Assembly: GCA_964016885.1 (NCBI GenBank)
Contig: OZ024743.1
Span: 115,878,001-115,942,000, forward strand
Source of the DNA: Eledone cirrhosa
Taxonomy: Eukaryota
Length of the DNA stretch: 64,000 nt
Direction of reading: 5' to 3'
How positions within the stretch are numbered: position 1 is the stretch's first letter; every line of letters starts with the position of its first letter. Positions 27,872 through 43,300 of this stretch are shown here, piece by piece. A model generated the notes under the pieces. That model saw only the letters and a list, made by a program, of their open reading frames with translations. It ran no database searches and was not told where the DNA came from. Both the position numbers and the translations under genes were made by a program.

Positions 27872-30185
27872 TAAATCAGGAAAGTAGAGTGACACGGTTT
27901 GCTATACAAAAAAGATTTTTAATCTCATTGCTGAAAATTGCTTCTCTGAACTGGTAGTTCTAAAAATCGCTATCCCCCTGTTTTCGCGTCATTGGATCAC
28001 CAATACATAGTTGTAACCAGTCAATTCATCAGAGCTATTGCGAATGAAGGGAATACACAGGCATGGCTTCTATATATAGTAATGGCATTTAATCAGAACA
28101 ATAACAACAATACTAACATTGCTAGCAATACATTATTTGAAATAATCACAACATGAAGTTGGTGTTATTGTCCTTAAGTTCCCAGATTATTTTGGCGAGG
28201 GTTGTAGAACCCATATGTCCACGGTTCTTCATCGAGTGTATGTGCACATACCATCATTTTTTAAAAGGTGGATCAAATGTAATGCCAAGTGGAGTTGACC
28301 GTACACAATAACACTAGGCTCGAATCAAGGCATCCATTCGCCAATGGGCACCTATCCGGTAGGTGACAGTTGTAGTTTGAGGTTTTATTCCGTGCAGCTT
28401 CCACACTGCTGTTTTGTACACTGCTATAAGTGGGTTGTGATTTATGCTCGTTGAGGTTTTGCTGCTGCGTGCTTGTATGCGTTTGCGGTTGTGATACTGT
28501 GATGTGTTTATGTTTATAATTCGGTGCTATGTTGCGCATAGGATGAGCGGATTCCATAGAGGTATTTCTGTGGTTGATCTTGCATATGTGATTCTATATT
28601 TGCAGCCGTAGAGTATGAGAGTTTTATAGTTTTTCTATTGAGTATTTTGTGATATATGTGTGATATAGGGAAGTGTTTATCTATTAGTTTAAAGCACGTA
28701 GAAGGCATGTATAATATAACATTAACAGATTAGCTATGTAACAGGTAAGTTAATACATAGGTTAAGGAGGCAATATATATATAGAGAAAACATGCTGACT
28801 ACAATTATAACACAGGGAAGGTGATATTTTACTGTAGTAGTATTCTGAAAATGTACTTGGATTAAGGTTCATTTGTTGAGAGTCAAGGGTGAGGAAAGTT
28901 GTGTTGACAGCAGCTGAGAAGGGATATATTTATGGGTTGATAAGATATTTGCAGACATTACTGTCGTATAGAATTAAGAAGGCTAGAATTTACTAAAATG
29001 ATTATAGTTCTTTGGTGGACCGTGTAATATTGTGGATACCATATGTCGAATGCTAAGTTATGTCGGTTCGATTCACGGAGGCTTAAGTCTTGTGAATTTA
29101 GTGGCGATCCTGTGTCTGCAGAAAATTGATCTTTCTAACTTGTTGTTGAGTAGCCTTTTTTCATTCCCCTGTTAATGTTATCTTATACATGTATGTTCTT
29201 GATGATGTGAAAACTAAACAACCCCATGATTCGAACTAACAATCCCTTCATCTAATATAGACCACATAAATATTGGATCCACTTCACACCACAAATATTA
29301 CTATCCTCACTACAATGATAAATATTTTATCTGTCAGATAATAAGTAATTCTTACAGTCACCAGACCTACGGTAAAGGAAATCGTACATTGTTTAAAGCC
29401 ACCGGCTTATCTCTACACTATATATAATACACCCCATGACAGCTTTTACATGTCAATTTCAAACATCTGCCTCATGTCAGCTCGTTTTACATGTTAAAGT
29501 CGTAGATATACTATATTTCTTACTTCGATTGATGTTGTGATTATTTCAAATAATTTATTGCTAGCATTGTTAGTATTGTTGTTATTGTTCTGATTGAATG
29601 CCATTACTATATATAGAAGCCGGTGGATTGGCAGTAGCGGTAGGGGGTCGGACGCCATTCTTTGACGTATAGAGTTACGGCCCTTGCCATTCTGAGTTCA
29701 AATCCCGCCGAGGTTAACTTTGGCTTTCATCCTTACGGGGTCGATAAAATAAAGTACCAGTAATGCACTGGGTAAATTGCTGGCCTTGTGCCAAAAGTAG
29801 AAACAATTACTATATATAGAAGCCATGCCTGTGTATTCTCTTCATTCTCGCTAGCTCTGATGAATTGACTGGTTACAACTATGTATTGGCAATCGAATGA
29901 CGCGAAAATAGGCGGGTAGCGATCTCTAGACCTACCAGTTCAGAGAAACAATTGTCAGCAATGAGATAAAAACCTTTTTTGTATAGCAAACCCTGTCACT
30001 CTTCTTTCCTGATTTATCATTATTCCAAGTGTTAACAACATAGAAATCACCGCGTACTCGCAGCATCACTGTGAAAACGCCTTGTTGAGTCAAACTTAGC
30101 CAAGCGTTGATATCATCCACTACTCGGAGTACCCTAACTGGACTACACCTAAGTGGACTACCTATAACAATAATCTGTTATCCCG
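27872..30185 (-). mobile_element. Rearranged PLE remnant with inverted 3' terminus (relative of 31592-34205)
   Basis: LIDKHFP…[12 protein letters not shown] and NCHLPDRCPLANGCL; the CRHRIATKF tail at ~29075-29160; ~27872-28150 is inverted at ~29535-30015. Confidence 0.8.
29622..29805 (+). mobile_element. Full-length tRNA-derived SINE with 19-bp target site duplication
   Basis: A box tggcagtagcgg, B box gagttcaaatc; TSD attactatatatagaagcc at 29603-29621 and 29806-29824. Confidence 0.9.
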
Positions 30186-30229
30186 TATATATATATTATA
30201 TATACAATATATACATATATATTTATATT

Positions 30230-31033
30230 AAATTAAAGATAATATCCCTAAAAAATATTTTACTATCCTAGAGAAAAACTTCCCGCCAAACCATAAATAC
30301 CATAAATCAAATTTTAAATAGATCAACTGTCAAATTTTCCTACCCCACTTCCAAAGATATACAGCAGAATATAAGTGGGTACAACGCATATAAATGTAAA
30401 AAAAACACGAATATACCACCAACACATCTAACCAACCATAATACTAAAATAAACCGCAACAAACCACCATCTTCTTCTCATATAACAAGTCAAATAGATT
30501 CCACACCAAATTTGACTAACTCCCCCGATACAATATTCTCGATGGTTGTAACTGTAGAAACAAAAGAAATTGCCCATTAAAGGGAAATTGTCTTATTAAT
30601 AACATAGTTTATAAATGTAACATTAGCTAATACAACATCCTTGGCTGAAACAATTAATAATTATAGAAAAAAGAATATCGATTACAACCTGACCTGGAGT
30701 GTGCTCAAAGGGGCCACCCGTTATCAAAATAACAGATATGAGTGTAGATCATGTTCCCAGGAACTTTTTGAAATAATTATTTCTACTTTTGGCACAAGGC
30801 CAGCAATTATCCCAGTGCATTACTGGTACTTTATTTTATCGACCCCGTAAGGATGAAAGGCAAAGTTAACCTCGGCGGGATTTGAACTCAGAATGGCAAG
30901 GGCCGTAACTCTATACGTCAAAGCATGGCGTCCGACCCTCTACCGATATGAGATAATGAAATCAAAGTATATCCTATTAAATAAGCGACAAGAATTAATT
31001 TTATCTTGCAATCATAGAATTAGAAGAACTTTC
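30230..31033 (+). pseudogene. PLE GIY-YIG region fragment interrupted by a SINE (30775-30948, minus)
   Basis: CNCRNKRNCPLKGNCLINNIVYKC, YNLTWSVL…CRSCSQELFEI; resumes after the SINE with LLNKRQELILSCNHR. Candidate TSD tgaaataat/tgagataat. Confidence 0.75.
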
Positions 31034-31380
31034 AAATATTATAAACGTAATTAATGTACACCTTACACTTATATTTTACATATTATTATAATTAGTTTTT
31101 TTAAATTTAGTTAACCTATAATTAGTACTTTACTACAGAGAACTTCGTAATTTTATTTCCCTCTTACAGCTCTCTTTTCCCAAAATTAATACCTAAAAGT
31201 ATACATATGAATTAATTTAATTTCCTGTTATTTCGTAGTTTATATAAGATTGGTATTTCTAACTACTACCCTTATCCCAAAATTTTATTTTCCTTCGTTT
31301 TTAACAACATTCTTTAATAACATCTAATTCTTATTTATCACATCCATATGAAGTAATATGAATTTATCCCTATAAGTATA

Positions 31381-31460
<80 letters not shown>

Positions 31461-31474
31461 TATATATACAAATT

Positions 31475-34205
<2,731 letters not shown>

Positions 34206-34228
34206 TATATATATATATATATATATAA

Positions 34229-34295
<67 letters not shown>

Positions 34296-34335
34296 TGTAT
34301 GTATAGTGTATTTTGCAATACACTGTATACTCATT

Positions 34336-37300
34336 GCCTAAGAAAATATCTATGTGCGTGTGTAATTTATACAAGCATATATTTATTTTTTTATTTTCAA
34401 TTGAGTTCTTTAACACGTTGGATTGATAATGTTTTCAAAAAAACTAATTAATCCGCGTGTATATTATTTTTTTTCCTCATTTCGTGGATCGTGGGTTGTC
34501 TCCCCTTCCCGCTTCGTGTCGCTATGATACTTCCTCAGTCAAAAACTGCTGGAATTTCAAATTTGGCGGTCATTCGAGACGAGAGAGAGCAACTTTACGG
34601 ACACGATTTTTAACAGCGGTAAGAAATTATTTTCTTATATCAAAATTTAATGGGCTTGCACTGATGATTTATAAGTGCCCACCTAAATATATTCTTACAT
34701 GAATATATATTAGGCTTCTAGATAAACTGGAAACATTCTCCCAACTTGTAGAAAACTTATAATGAAACAATTGTTTGGAAAGAGAGATATAATTTAACTT
34801 TAATTATATCTCATAAAATAATACAACTGGTTTTTCCACATTATACATATTGTTAGCACCCCAAACACTTAAATTGGGTTTATATTTAAATATAAGCTAA
34901 TGTTTGTTGAGTGAGATGGTTATCAGTCGGAGTTTAGCTTTGAACTATCTCTGTTATTGTATTAAATATTTACTCTTGATTGGCCAGGAGTGTTTATTTC
35001 CAGGTACCTTATGAATTTGACTCTCCGTATTTATTACTGTTGTGATATGTTGTGGCTTTTTTGGTTGTAACTTCTTTGTTTTTTAGCCTGAGAAATTATA
35101 TATATGCCTACGTATATAATTACATGCATACATTTATTTCCTGTTATTAATTGAGTTCTTTACACGAGGAATTAGTATTGGTTTTGAAATAACTAATCAA
35201 CCCGCGTGTGTTTTATATTTTACTCTTAATTCGGCCGGAGAATTATATTCCCATTTGCCCTTCATAGCATAACTCTCTGCATTTACTGCGGTTATGAGAA
35301 GCGGTTCTTATTCGGGTACAACTTCTGATTTAGCCTAAGAAAATATCTATGTGCGTGTGTAATTTATACAAGCATATATTTATATTTTTATTTTCAATTG
35401 AGTTCTTTAACACGTTGGAATGATAATGTTTTCAAAAAAACTAATTAACCCGCGTGTATATTATTTTTTTCCTCATTTCGTGGATCGTGGGTTGTCTCCC
35501 CTTCCCGCTTCGTGTCCCTATGATACTTCCTCAGTCAAAAACTGCTGGAATTTCAAATTTGGCGGTCATTCGAGGCGAGAGAGAGCAACTTTACGGACAC
35601 GATTTTTAACAGCGGTAAGAAATTATTTTCTTATATCAAAATTTAATGGGCTTGCACTGATGATTTATAAGTGCCCACCTAAATATATTCTTACATGAAT
35701 ATATATTAGGCTTCTACATAAACTGGAAACATTCTCCCAACTTGTAGAAAACTTATAATGAAACAATTGTTTGGAAAGAGAGATATAATTTAACTTTAAT
35801 TATATCTCATGAAATAATACAACTGGTTTTTCCACATTATACATATTGTTACCACCCCAAACACTTAAATTGGGTTTATATTTAAATATAACCTAATGTT
35901 TGTTGAGTGAGATGGTTACCAGTCGGAGTTTAGCTTTGAACTATCTCTGTTATTGTATTAAATATTTAATCTTGATTGGCCAGAAGTGTTTATTTCCAGG
36001 TACCTTATGAATTTGACTCTCCGTATTTATTACTGTTGTGATATGTTGTGGTTTTTTTGGTTGTAACTTCTTTGTTTTTTAGCCTGAGAAATTATATATA
36101 TGCGTACGTATATAATTACATGCATACATTTATTTCCTGTTATTAATTGAGTTCTTTACACGAGGAATTAGTATTAGTTTTGAAATAACTAATCAACCCG
36201 CATGTGTTTTATATTTTACTCTTAATTCGGCCGGAGAATTATATTCCCATTTGCCCTTCATATCATAACTCTCTGCATTTACTGCGGTTATAAGAAGCGG
36301 TTCTTATTCGGGTACAACTTCTGATTTAGCCTAAGAAAATATCTATGTGCCTGTGTAATTTATACAAGCATATATTTATTTTTTTATTTTCAATTGAGTT
36401 CATTAACACGTTGGAATGATAATGTTTTCAAAAAAACTAATTAACCCGCGTGTATATTATTTTTTTTCCTCATTTCGTGGAACGTGGGTTGTCTCCCCTT
36501 CACGCTTCGTGTCCCTATGATATTTCCTCAGTCAAAAACTGCTGGAATTTCAAATTTGGCGGTCATTCGAGGCGAGAGAGAGCAACTTTACGGACACGAT
36601 TTTTAACAGCGGTAAGAAATTATTTTCTTATATCAAAATTTAATGGGCTTCCACTGATGATTTATAAGTGCCCACCTAAATATATTCTTACATGAATATA
36701 TATTAGGCTTCTACATAAACTGGAAACATTCTCCCAAATTGTAGAAAACTTATAATGAAACAATTGTTTGGAGAGATATAATTTAACTTTAATTATATCT
36801 CATGAAATAATACAACTGGTTTTTCCACATTATACATATTGTTACCACCCCAAACACTTAAATTGGGTTTATATTTAAATATAACCTAATGTTTGTTGAG
36901 TGAGATGGTTACCAGTCGGAGTTTAGCTTTGAACTATCTCTGTTATTGTATTAAATATTTAATCTTGATTGGCCAGAAGTGTTTATTTCCAGGTACCTTA
37001 TGAATTTGACTCTCCGTATTTATTACTGTTGTGATATGTTGTGGTTTTTTTGGTTGTAACTTCTTTGTTTTTTAGCCTGAGAAATTATATATATGCGTAC
37101 GTATATAATTACATGCATACATTTATTTCCTGTTATTAATTGAGTTCTTTACACGAGGAATTAGTATTAGTTTTGAAATAACTAATCAAGCCGCATGTGT
37201 TTTATATTTTACTCTTAATTCGGCCTGAGAATTATATTCCCATTTGCCCTTCATATCATAACTCTCTGCATTTACTGCGGTTATAAGAAGCGGTTCTTAT

Positions 37301-40300
37301 TCGGGTACAACTTCTGATTTAGCCTAAGAAAATATCTATGTGCCTGTGTAATTTATACAAGCATATATTTATTTTTTTATTTTCAATTGAGTTCATTAAC
37401 ACGTTGGAATGATAATGTTTTCAAAAAAACTAATTAATCCGCGTGTATATTATTTTTTTTCCTCATTTCGTGGAACGTGGGTTGTCTCCCCTTCACGCTT
37501 CGTGTCCCTATGATATTTCCTCAGTCAAAAACTGCTGGAATTTCAAATTTGGCGGTCATTCGAGGCGAGAGAGAGCAACTTTACGGACACGATTTTTAAC
37601 AGCGGTAAGAAATTATTTTCTTATATCAAAATTTAATGGGCTTCCACTGATGATTTATAAGTGCCCACCTAAATATATTCTTACATGAATATATATTAGG
37701 CTTCTACATAAACTGGAAACATTCTCCCAAATTGTAGAAAACTTATAATGAAACAATTGTTTGGAGAGATATAATTTAACTTTAATTATATCTCATGAAA
37801 TAATACAACTGGTTTTTCCACATTATACATATTGTTACCACCCCAAACACTTAAATTGGGTTTATATTTAAATATAACCTAATGTTTGTTGAGTGAGATG
37901 GTTACCAGTCGGAGTTTAGCTTTGAACTATCTCTGTTATTGTATTAAATATTTACTCTTGATTGGCCAGAGGTGTTTATTTCCAGGTACCTGATGAATTT
38001 GACTTTCCGTATTTATTACTGTTGTGATATGTTGTGGCTTTTTTGGTTGTAACTTCTCTGTTTTTTAGCCTAAGAAAATATATATATGCCTACGTATATA
38101 ATTACATGCATACATTTATTTTATTTTATTAATTGAGTTCTTTACACGAGGAATTAGTATTAGTTTTGAAATAACTAATCAACCCGCGTGTGTTTTATAT
38201 TTTACTCTTAATTCGGCCGGAGAATTATATTCCCATTTGCCCTTTATAGCATAACTCTCTGCTTTTACTGCGGTTATGAGAAGCGGTTCTTATTCGGGTA
38301 CAACTTCTGATTTAGCCTAAGAAAATATCTATGTGCGTGTGTAATTTATACAAGCATATATTTATTTTTTTATTTTCAATTGAGTTCTTTAACACGTTGG
38401 ATTGATAATGTTTTCAAAAAAACTAATTAATCCGCGTGTTTATTATTTTTTTTCCTCATTTCGTGGATCGTGGGTTGTCTCCCCTTCCCGCTTCGTGTCG
38501 CTATGATACTTCCTCAGTCGAAAACTGCTGGAATTTCAAATTTGGCGGTCATTCGAGGCGAGAGAGTGCAACTTTACGGACACGATTTTTGACAGCGGTA
38601 AGAAATTATTTTCTTATATCAAAATTTAATGGGCTTCCACTGATGATTTATAAGTGCCCACCTAAATATATTCTTACATGAATATATATTAGGCTTCTAC
38701 ATAAACTGGAAACATTCTCCCAAATTGTAGAAAACTTATAATGAAACAATTGTTTGGAAAGAGAGATATAATTTAACTTCAATTATATCTCATAAAATAA
38801 TACAACTGGTTTTTCCACATTATACATATTTTTAGCACCCCAAAAACTTAAATTGGGTTTATATTTAAATATAACCTAATGTTTGTTGAGTGAGATGGTT
38901 ACCAGTCGGAGTTTAGCTTTGAACTATCTCTGTTATTGTATTAAATATTTACTCTTGATTGGCCAGGAGTGTTTATTTCCAGGTACCTTATGAATTTGAC
39001 TCTCCGTATTTATTACTGTTGTGATATGTTGTGGCTTCTTTGGTTGTAACTTCTTTGTTTTTTAGCCTGAGAAATTATATATATACCTACGTATATAATT
39101 GCATGCATACATTTATTTCCTGTTATTAATTGAGTTCTTTACACGAGGAATTAGTATTGGTTTTGAAATAACTAATCAACCCGCGTGTTTTTTATATTTT
39201 ACTCTTAATTCGGCCGGAGAATTATATTCTCATTTGCCCTTTATAGCATAACTCTCTGCATTTACTGCAGTTATGAGAAGCGGTTCTTATTCGGGTAGAA
39301 CTTCTGATTTAGCCTAAGAAAATATCTATGTGCGTGTGTAATTTATACAAGCATATATTTATTTTTTTATTTTCAATCGAGTTCTTTAACACGTTGGATT
39401 GATAATGTTTTCAAAAAAACTAATTAACCCGCGTGTATATTATTTTTTTTCCTCATTTCGTGGATCGTGGGTTGTCTCCCCTTCCCGCTTCGTGTCGCTA
39501 TGATACTTCCTCAGTCAAAAACTGCTGGAATTTCAAATTTGGCGGTCATTCGAGGCGAGAGAGAGCAACTTTACGGACACGATTTTTGACAGCGGTAAGA
39601 AATTATTTTCTTATATCAAAATTTAATGGGCTTCCACTGATGATTTATAAGTGCCCACCTAAATATATTCTTACATGAATATATATTAGGCTTCTACATA
39701 AACTGGAAACATTCTCCCAAATTGTAGAAAACTTATAATGAAACAATTGTTTGGAAAGAGAGATATAATTTAACTTCAATTATATCTCATAAAATAATAC
39801 AACTGGTTTTTCCACATTATACATATTTTTAGCACCCCAAAAACTTAAATTGGGTTTATATTTAAATATAACCTAATGTTTGTTGCGTGAGATGGTTACC
39901 AGTCGGAGTTTAGCTTTGACCTATCTCTGTTATTGTATTAAATATTTACTCTTGATTGGCCAGGAGTGTTTATTTCCAGGTACCTGATGAATTTGACTCT
40001 CCGTATTTATTACTGTTGTGATATGTTGTGGCTATTTTGGTTGTAACTTCTTTGTTTTTTAGCCTGAGAAATTATATATATGCCTACGCATATAATTACA
40101 TGCATACATTTATTTCCTGTTATTAATTGAGTTCTTTACACGAGGAATTAGTATTGGTTTTGAAATAACTAATCAACCCGCGTGTGTTTTATATTTTACT
40201 CTTAATTCGGCCGGAGAATTATATTCCCATTTGCCCTTCATAGCATAACTCTCTGCATTTACTGCGGTTATGAGAAGCGGTTCTTATTCGGGTACAACTT

Positions 40301-43300
40301 CTGATTTAGCCTAAGAAAATATCTATGGGCGTGTGTAATTTATACAAGAATATATTTATTTTTTTATTTTCAATTGAGTTCTTTTACACGTTGGATTGAT
40401 AATGTTTTCAAAAAAACTAATTAACCCGCGTGTTTATTATTTTTTTTCCTCATTTCCTGGATCGTGGGTTGTCTCCCCTTCCCGCTTCGTGTCGCTATGA
40501 TACTTCCTCAGTCGAAAACTGCTGGAATTTCAAATTTGGCGGTCATTCGAGGCGAGAGAGTGCAACTTTACGGACACGATTTTTGACAGCGGTAAGAAAT
40601 TATTTTCTTATATCAAAATTTAATGGGCTTCCACTGATGATTTATAAGTGCCCACCTAAATATATTCTTACATGAATATATATTAGGCTTCTACATAAAC
40701 TGGAAACATTCTCCCAAATTGTAGAAAACTTATAATGAAACAATTGTTTGGAAAGAGAGATATAATTTAACTTCAATTATATCTCATAAAATAATACAAC
40801 TGGTTTTTCCACATTATACATATTTTTAGCACCCCAAAAACTTAAATTGGGTTTATATTTAAATATAACCTAATGTTTGTTGAGTGAGATGGTTACCAGT
40901 CGGAGTTTAGCTTTGAACTATCTCTGTTATTGTATTAAATATTTACTCTTGATTGGCCAGGAGTGTTTATTTCCAGGTACCTTATGAATTTGACTCTCCG
41001 TATTTATTACTGTTGTGATATGTTGTGGCTTCTTTGGTTGTAACTTCTTTGTTTTTTAGCCTGAGAAATTATATATATACCTACGTATATAATTGCATGC
41101 ATACATTTATTTCCTGTTATTAATTGAGTTCTTTACACGAGGAATTAGTATTGGTTTTGAAATAACTAATCAACCCGCGTGTTTTTTATATTTTACTCTT
41201 AATTCGGCCGGAGAATTATATTCTCATTTGCCCTTTATAGCATAACTCTCTGCATTTACTGCAGTTATGAGAAGCGGTTCTTATTCGGGTAGAACTTCTG
41301 ATTTAGCCTAAGAAAATATCTATGTGCGTGTGTAATTTATACAAGCATATATTTATTTTTTTATTTTCAATCGAGTTCTTTAACACGTTGGATTGATAAT
41401 GTTTTCAAAAAAACTAATTAACCCGCGTGTATATTATTTTTTTTCCTCATTTCGTGGATCGTGGGTTGTCTCCCCTTCCCGCTTCGTGTCGCTATGATAC
41501 TTCCTCAGTCAAAAACTGCTGGAATTTCAAATTTGGCGGTCATTCGAGGCGAGAGAGAGCAACTTTACGGACACGATTTTTGACAGCGGTAAGAAATTAT
41601 TTTCTTATATCAAAATTTAATGGGCTTCCACTGATGATTTATAAGTGCCCACCTAAATATATTCTTACATGAATATATATTAGGCTTCTACATAAACTGG
41701 AAACATTCTCCCAAATTGTAGAAAACTTATAATGAAACAATTGTTTGGAAAGAGAGATATAATTTAACTTCAATTATATCTCATAAAATAATACAACTGG
41801 TTTTTCCACATTATACATATTTTTAGCACCCCAAAAACTTAAATTGGGTTTATATTTAAATATAACCTAATGTTTGTTGCGTGAGATGGTTACCAGTCGG
41901 AGTTTAGCTTTGACCTATCTCTGTTATTGTATTAAATATTTACTCTTGATTGGCCAGGAGTGTTTATTTCCAGGTACCTGATGAATTTGACTCTCCGTAT
42001 TTATTACTGTTGTGATATGTTGTGGCTATTTTGGTTGTAACTTCTTTGTTTTTTAGCCTGAGAAATTATATATATGCCTACGCATATAATTACATGCATA
42101 CATTTATTTCCTGTTATTAATTGAGTTCTTTACACGAGGAATTAGTATTGGTTTTGAAATAACTAATCAACCCGCGTGTGTTTTATATTTTACTCTTAAT
42201 TCGGCCGGAGAATTATATTCCCATTTGCCCTTCATAGCATAACTCTCTGCATTTACTGCGGTTATGAAAAGCGGTTCTTATTCGGGTACAACTTCTGATT
42301 TAGCCTAAGAAAATATCTATGGGCGTGTGTAATTTATACAAGAATATATTTATTTTTTTATTTTCAATTGAGTTCTTTTACACGTTGGATTGATAATGTT
42401 TTCAAAAAAACTAATTAACCCGCGTGTTTATTATTTTTTTTCCTCATTTCCTGGATCGTGGGTTGTCTCCCCTTCCCGCTTCGTGTCGCTATGATACTTC
42501 CTCAGTCAAAAACTGCTGGAATTTCAAATTTGGCGGTCATTCGAGGCGAGAGAGAGCAACTTTACGGACACGATTTTTGACAGCGGTAAGAAATTATTTT
42601 CTTATATCAAAATTTAATGGGCTTCCAATGATGATTTATAACTGCCCACCTAAATATATTCTTACATGAATATATATTAGGCTTCTACATAAACTGGAAA
42701 CATTCTCCCAACTTGTAGAAAACTTATAATGAAACAATTGTTTGGAAAGAGAGATATAATTTAACTTTAATTATATCTCATGAAATAATACAACTGCTTG
42801 TTCCACATTATACATATTGTAGCACCCCAAAAACTTAAATTGGGTTTATATTTAAATATAACCTAATGTTTGTTGAGTGAGATGGTTACCAGTCGGAGTT
42901 TAGCTTTGAACTATCTCTGTTATTGTATTAAATATTTACTCTTGATTGGCCAGGAGTGTTTATTTCCAGGTACCTTATGAATTTGACTCTCCGTATTTAT
43001 TACTGTTGTGATATGTTGTGGCTTCTTTGGTTGTAACATCTTTGTTTTTTAGCCTGAGAAATTATATATATACCTACGTATATAATTGCATGCATACATT
43101 TATTTCCTGTTATTAATTGAGTTCTTTACACGAGGAATTAGTATTGGTTTTGAAATAACTAATCAACCCGCGTGTTTTTTATATTTTACTCTTAATTCGG
43201 CCGGAGAATTATATTCTCATTTGCCCTTTATAGCATAACTCTCTGCATTTACTGCAGTTATGAGAAGCGGTTCTTATTCGGGTAGAACTTCTGATTTAGC

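Noticed and set aside
29622-29710. tRNA gene
   Set aside because: A and B boxes are present but there is no cloverleaf; it is the head of a multi-copy SINE with TSD.
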